Of a DNA stretch of 64,000 nucleotides, positions 60,147-64,000 are shown in pieces. The position numbers were made by a program, and so were the translations under genes. Source of the DNA: Basidiobolus meristosporus CBS 931.73 (lineage: Eukaryota > Fungi > Basidiobolomycota); NCBI GenBank assembly GCA_002104905.1, contig MCFE01000128.1, forward strand, positions 1 through 64,000, read 5' to 3'. Under the pieces are notes generated by a model that saw only the letters and a program-made list of their open reading frames with translations, did not search any database and was not told the origin of the DNA. Numbering within the stretch: position 1 is the stretch's first letter; each line of letters begins with the position of its first letter.

Positions 60147-60717
60147 AACTATTTGTGGAATACCCAAAGTAGTAGTGAGTAAGCAAATACAGAAGGGGGA
60201 TTCTACAGTGGATTATATGAATTGTACAAGGGGAGGTAGAAAAGGAAATACCATTTGGTAAATTGGTACAGTAGCATTATACAGAACCAACAGTAGGCCA
60301 TCATACAGCCAATATAATGCCATCAGAGTCTTGCTGTGAGGCTGTCAAAATACTGTAAAGTTTCTTGCCATATGAGGAAATTGGATGTCCTGGCCAATTG
60401 GATCCACTTAAAATAGTAATAGAATGCTGAAAGACCCTACAATAACATGCAAATATTGTCACAGCACCTATAACGCAATAATACTATGCAAATATTGTCA
60501 CAGCACTGATTAAATCTTGTCAAGTTTTATCCCTTCATTTGGTTGTAAAATTAGCAAAACACCATTGTGATCCCATTATAAGATTGTTAGAAGGGTTACT
60601 AATTCCAAGCTGCTGGTATTATGACAGTCTCTAAACAGGATCCTGACAGCTGATCTAGATTGGATCCACCCATGCAACCAAATTATTTTTCATAGGGTCT
60701 ATGGTTTTATGCCATTG

Positions 60718-62588
60718 TTAATTCACTGGTTCCCATATATCCTGGTCTTCAGCTGGCACTGCAAGGTCTAGCTCCTGATCTGCCAGTCTTTGCAATAGGT
60801 CCTTGCAATACTTAAGTGCATTTTCTTGAGCACTGCTGTTGAAGAAGTGCCTCAACCTCTTGGCATGCCTATTAATGGTCCAGAATTCCACCTATGGTAC
60901 TGTGATAGCCTTTTGAGTTCCTGATGTTGTAGCCTTGCCTGTTGGTGGGATCTCTACTCCATCATAAATGGAGGATGTTGAGGCAGTGCTAGACAAATTG
61001 CCTTTCTCTGCATACTCATCTACCTCACTGGAGTGTAGCTCAACTGGCTGCACTTCCAACTCTTGTGAAAACAGCTGTTTTCTTGTTGGTAATTCTTCTT
61101 GGCTAAGATGGGATTCAGTTTGTTCTGGGCTTACAGCATTCATTGGCAAGAGCTGCGGCTTTTCTCTTATGCTTCCCTGTTTCTGGCTTGGCTAGACTTC
61201 TCCCCCTTTACCTTCTACTTTATCACTGTCAGGTTTTTCACTGCTACCTTGTCTGAGTGCTTCTTGTATTGAACTACATTTTCTCCTTGATAAATGCTGC
61301 TCTGATGCATCTGTCTTGACCTGCTTGTCCCTTACTGGCACTCTGCAGGCAACTTCACACTTCTTTCCTGCTTCTTTCAAGCTCTTAGCCCATGCTGTGA
61401 CAGGCTCATGAGGTAGCCACTTGTTTTTATCACTGCCAAGTTCTTTACTGTCACTTTCCCTGAGTGCTTCTTCAGTAGAAGTACACTTTTTCTTCAGTAA
61501 ATGTTGTGCTGGTACATCTGTGTCAGCCTGCTTTTCCCTTATTGGCACTCTTCCAGCTACCTGATGCCTCTTTGACACTTGTTTGGAGATTTTGGCCCTG
61601 CTGGTAACAGGCTCTTGAGGAAGCTGCTGGTTTTTAACCATTGCACCCTTGTTCTTCTGCCTTTGATAGTTTCTGCTATTCTTGAGATGCTTTCTTAGCA
61701 TACAAATGCTGGCCCAAAAACCATTTGCATGCTTGAATTCTGGATAATGCTCATGGAGCAAGTCAAGTTCATTCTGCTTGGCCTGAGTTACTAATGGCCC
61801 CATGGTACACCGGCCTTAAGGTGTTGGCATGCCAGACTTCTGACAGCCTCTTAAATATTAGCCCACTGTTTGTCAATGCACCCAACAGCTTCACATATCT
61901 TCAATGTCTTTTGATTTTTAGGGCTTTGGTATATACACTACATTTTCTCCCTCCCTTGCTGCAATAGGTTTGTCTGTGGGCTTTATCTTTGGGCACTGTT
62001 GTTGTGCTTTGAAGACTGTATGGTGTTCCTCTGCTGTACATTGGGAAATGGCTTAATTCTTGGCTGTGACACTGAGCTACTTGAGTTCCTTCTTTGCAGC
62101 AAAGATACTGCTTACTCTACCTGGGATATTGCTTACTCTACACCATTTATCAGCTCATCCTGTTTCTGGACTATTTCCTGATTTCTCTGGGACATTGCAT
62201 CTGTCCTATCAGCCACTGCACCTAATTCCCACATTAATGCTTTGGTATGAGCTGACAACATACTTGCTAATACAGGTGGTGGCAATGTTATGATGACCAC
62301 TTGCTGGTCTACAGCTGAAAGTACTGCTTTTGCTACAATCTGATCTGCCTAAGCAATATGGTCAGCTTTCAGCTCTGAAGAGATTCCCAATTGCCCACTT
62401 GACTGAGAGCCTAAGGAGTCCACATTTTCCCCTTCAGTGGGCACAATGTCCACAAGGCCTTTTTTGGTTGTAGCCCTGCTTGTTGCAATGTATGTCAAAG
62501 CAAGCTGTTATCCAACTGTTCTTCTGCTGCTGTTAGCAGTGGGGTTTGGTTGGGAACCAGACAAGTTTGCTTTATTTTTTGGCAGCAT
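60718..62588 (-). pseudogene. Accessory ORF of the CACTA-like element, copy C (degenerate)
   Basis: MLPKNKANLSGSQPNPT..., LLHEHYPEFKHANGFWASICMLRKHLKNSRNY, two 69-aa repeats, ending DIWEPVN. Collinear with copy A. Confidence 0.7.
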
Positions 62589-62810
62589 ATGTATGGAAGT
62601 AAGTCAAACCTAAGGTGAAATAGTGTTACATACACATGTGTATATGGTGCCACAACTTTATTTATAATGCTAACTATGGCAGGTCATCATTGAACTTTAC
62701 ATTCATCTAGGTGCAATGTCCCAAATACAAGACTGTCAAAAATTCATATGAGTATTGACCAAAAAGTGATATAACAGTGTTATTTTGTTGAGTGTCAAAA
62801 TGGTTGCCCC

Positions 62811-64000
62811 ATGGACATGACCACTATAATTTAACACCATAAGAGAAGAGAAAAAAGACCATATGGCTATTGTAGCAAGCCTCTCAGCCATGAAGCATGC
62901 AGACAGCCTAGAAGGTATTACTAGAATCACAGTCAGTATTTTGCCACCCAAGTCATATTCAACTATTCACCAGTCACTATTGAACCAATATTATCTTGCT
63001 GGCAACTGGGTACTTCTATAATGGCATCTGGCTGTACTTGTCACCTTGCACAAACTGAGTCAGGAGAGTTTGTGACACCTTTAGGCTCACCTCAGCCTTC
63101 TGAATAAGGCACACAGAGTGATTGCTCTGAAGAAGCAGGCTCACTGATGGATTGTGAGCCTATCTTCCCTTACAACAGTACCCTATATGAGCCTGGCAAA
63201 CTCCAATTATGCTATGAGACAAATGCTAAGGATACTTTATGGAATCAAGTGAGCCCAGTAATCCATCTACTGGTGAATGACATGATGTTGTGGCTAGAGA
63301 AGTGGCAAGTTTCCACTAATATCAGAAACGGGGGCTTTGAGGATTTACTACTACTTCTTGCCAAAATCATCATGGGATGCAACTTACCATGTACATGGTA
63401 AAATGGGAAACCATCATGTGGCTAGCAACATATGACCCAAAGACCATTTCTGATACCAGCATATGTTAACAGTAGCATGGCATTCACATCAGAAAATGCC
63501 TCTATTGCAAGGTGTCCAACATGTCAGGAATTCACCACCATTGGGGGATAACATTGCTTACACTCCAGATATATTCTGGTAATACCCAGTATAAAGAAGC
63601 TCATGGAGTCCAACAAATATTGTGAAGCTATAAAGTACTGCACTCAGTATCAATCAAGTGCAAGCATATCTGAAACATCTGATAGCAATTATTACAAACA
63701 ACTAAGAGGCAAGGGCTACTCTAAGTGTAGGTATGACCATGCCTTTGCCTTGGCACTTGATGGAATATCATTAAACAAGTACACTACCAGCATATCCTTC
63801 TGGCCACTGATACTCATCAACCTCAATCCACTCACTATCTTACTGCATTGGAGTAGAAACATGGTTGTTGTCTCACTAGTGTCTGGGTCTAAATCAACAT
63901 CCATCCTGGACTGCTATTTGTATCCATTGCTGGATGAATTTTGTATGCTTAGAAGTGAGATAACACTAAATGGCTACCATGCCAAAGCACATATAATTAT
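62811..64000 (+). mobile_element. CACTA-like transposase pseudogene, copy C (5' part; runs off the window)
   Basis: Collinear with 57948-59150 (VSPVIHLLVND..LWLEKW..TNI.NGGFEDL.LLLAK; WPLILINLN; VVVSLVSG). Confidence 0.8.

Overview
Eukaryotic, intron-rich fungal DNA, most consistent with an early-diverging fungus (inference from gene content, ~55-80 nt introns and TE types). There are three zones. (1) 1-15.8 kb is AT-rich and accessory-like: a tRNA-Thr(CGU), a protoglobin pseudogene, a 427-aa intronless orphan ORF, a divergent MFS transporter / Gfo-Idh-MocA oxidoreductase pair, a frameshifted intronless ankyrin-like gene and decayed coding remnants. (2) 16-45 kb is a gene-dense housekeeping block: TIM44, RPL40, CaMKK, class I PDE, ELP3, Spo12-like, Mso1-like, VMA21, GSK3, kinesin-1, TOM40, RPT3, RPL41, dynactin p27, MoaC, RPL42, RPS25, two small membrane/secreted proteins and a PAP2 phosphatase. 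It contains micro-exons and several AAG 3' splice sites. (3) 45.2-64 kb is a severely CpG-depleted transposon nest: copia fragments, a MITE-like element, several copies of a two-gene CACTA/EnSpm-like element, and a young full-length chromodomain Ty3/Gypsy element. That element has 697-bp LTRs (1 mismatch seen) and a CCCCT target-site duplication, and its PBS is complementary to its own predicted 5' end (Tf1-type self-priming). All alignments, translations and counts were done by eye; no database searches were run.
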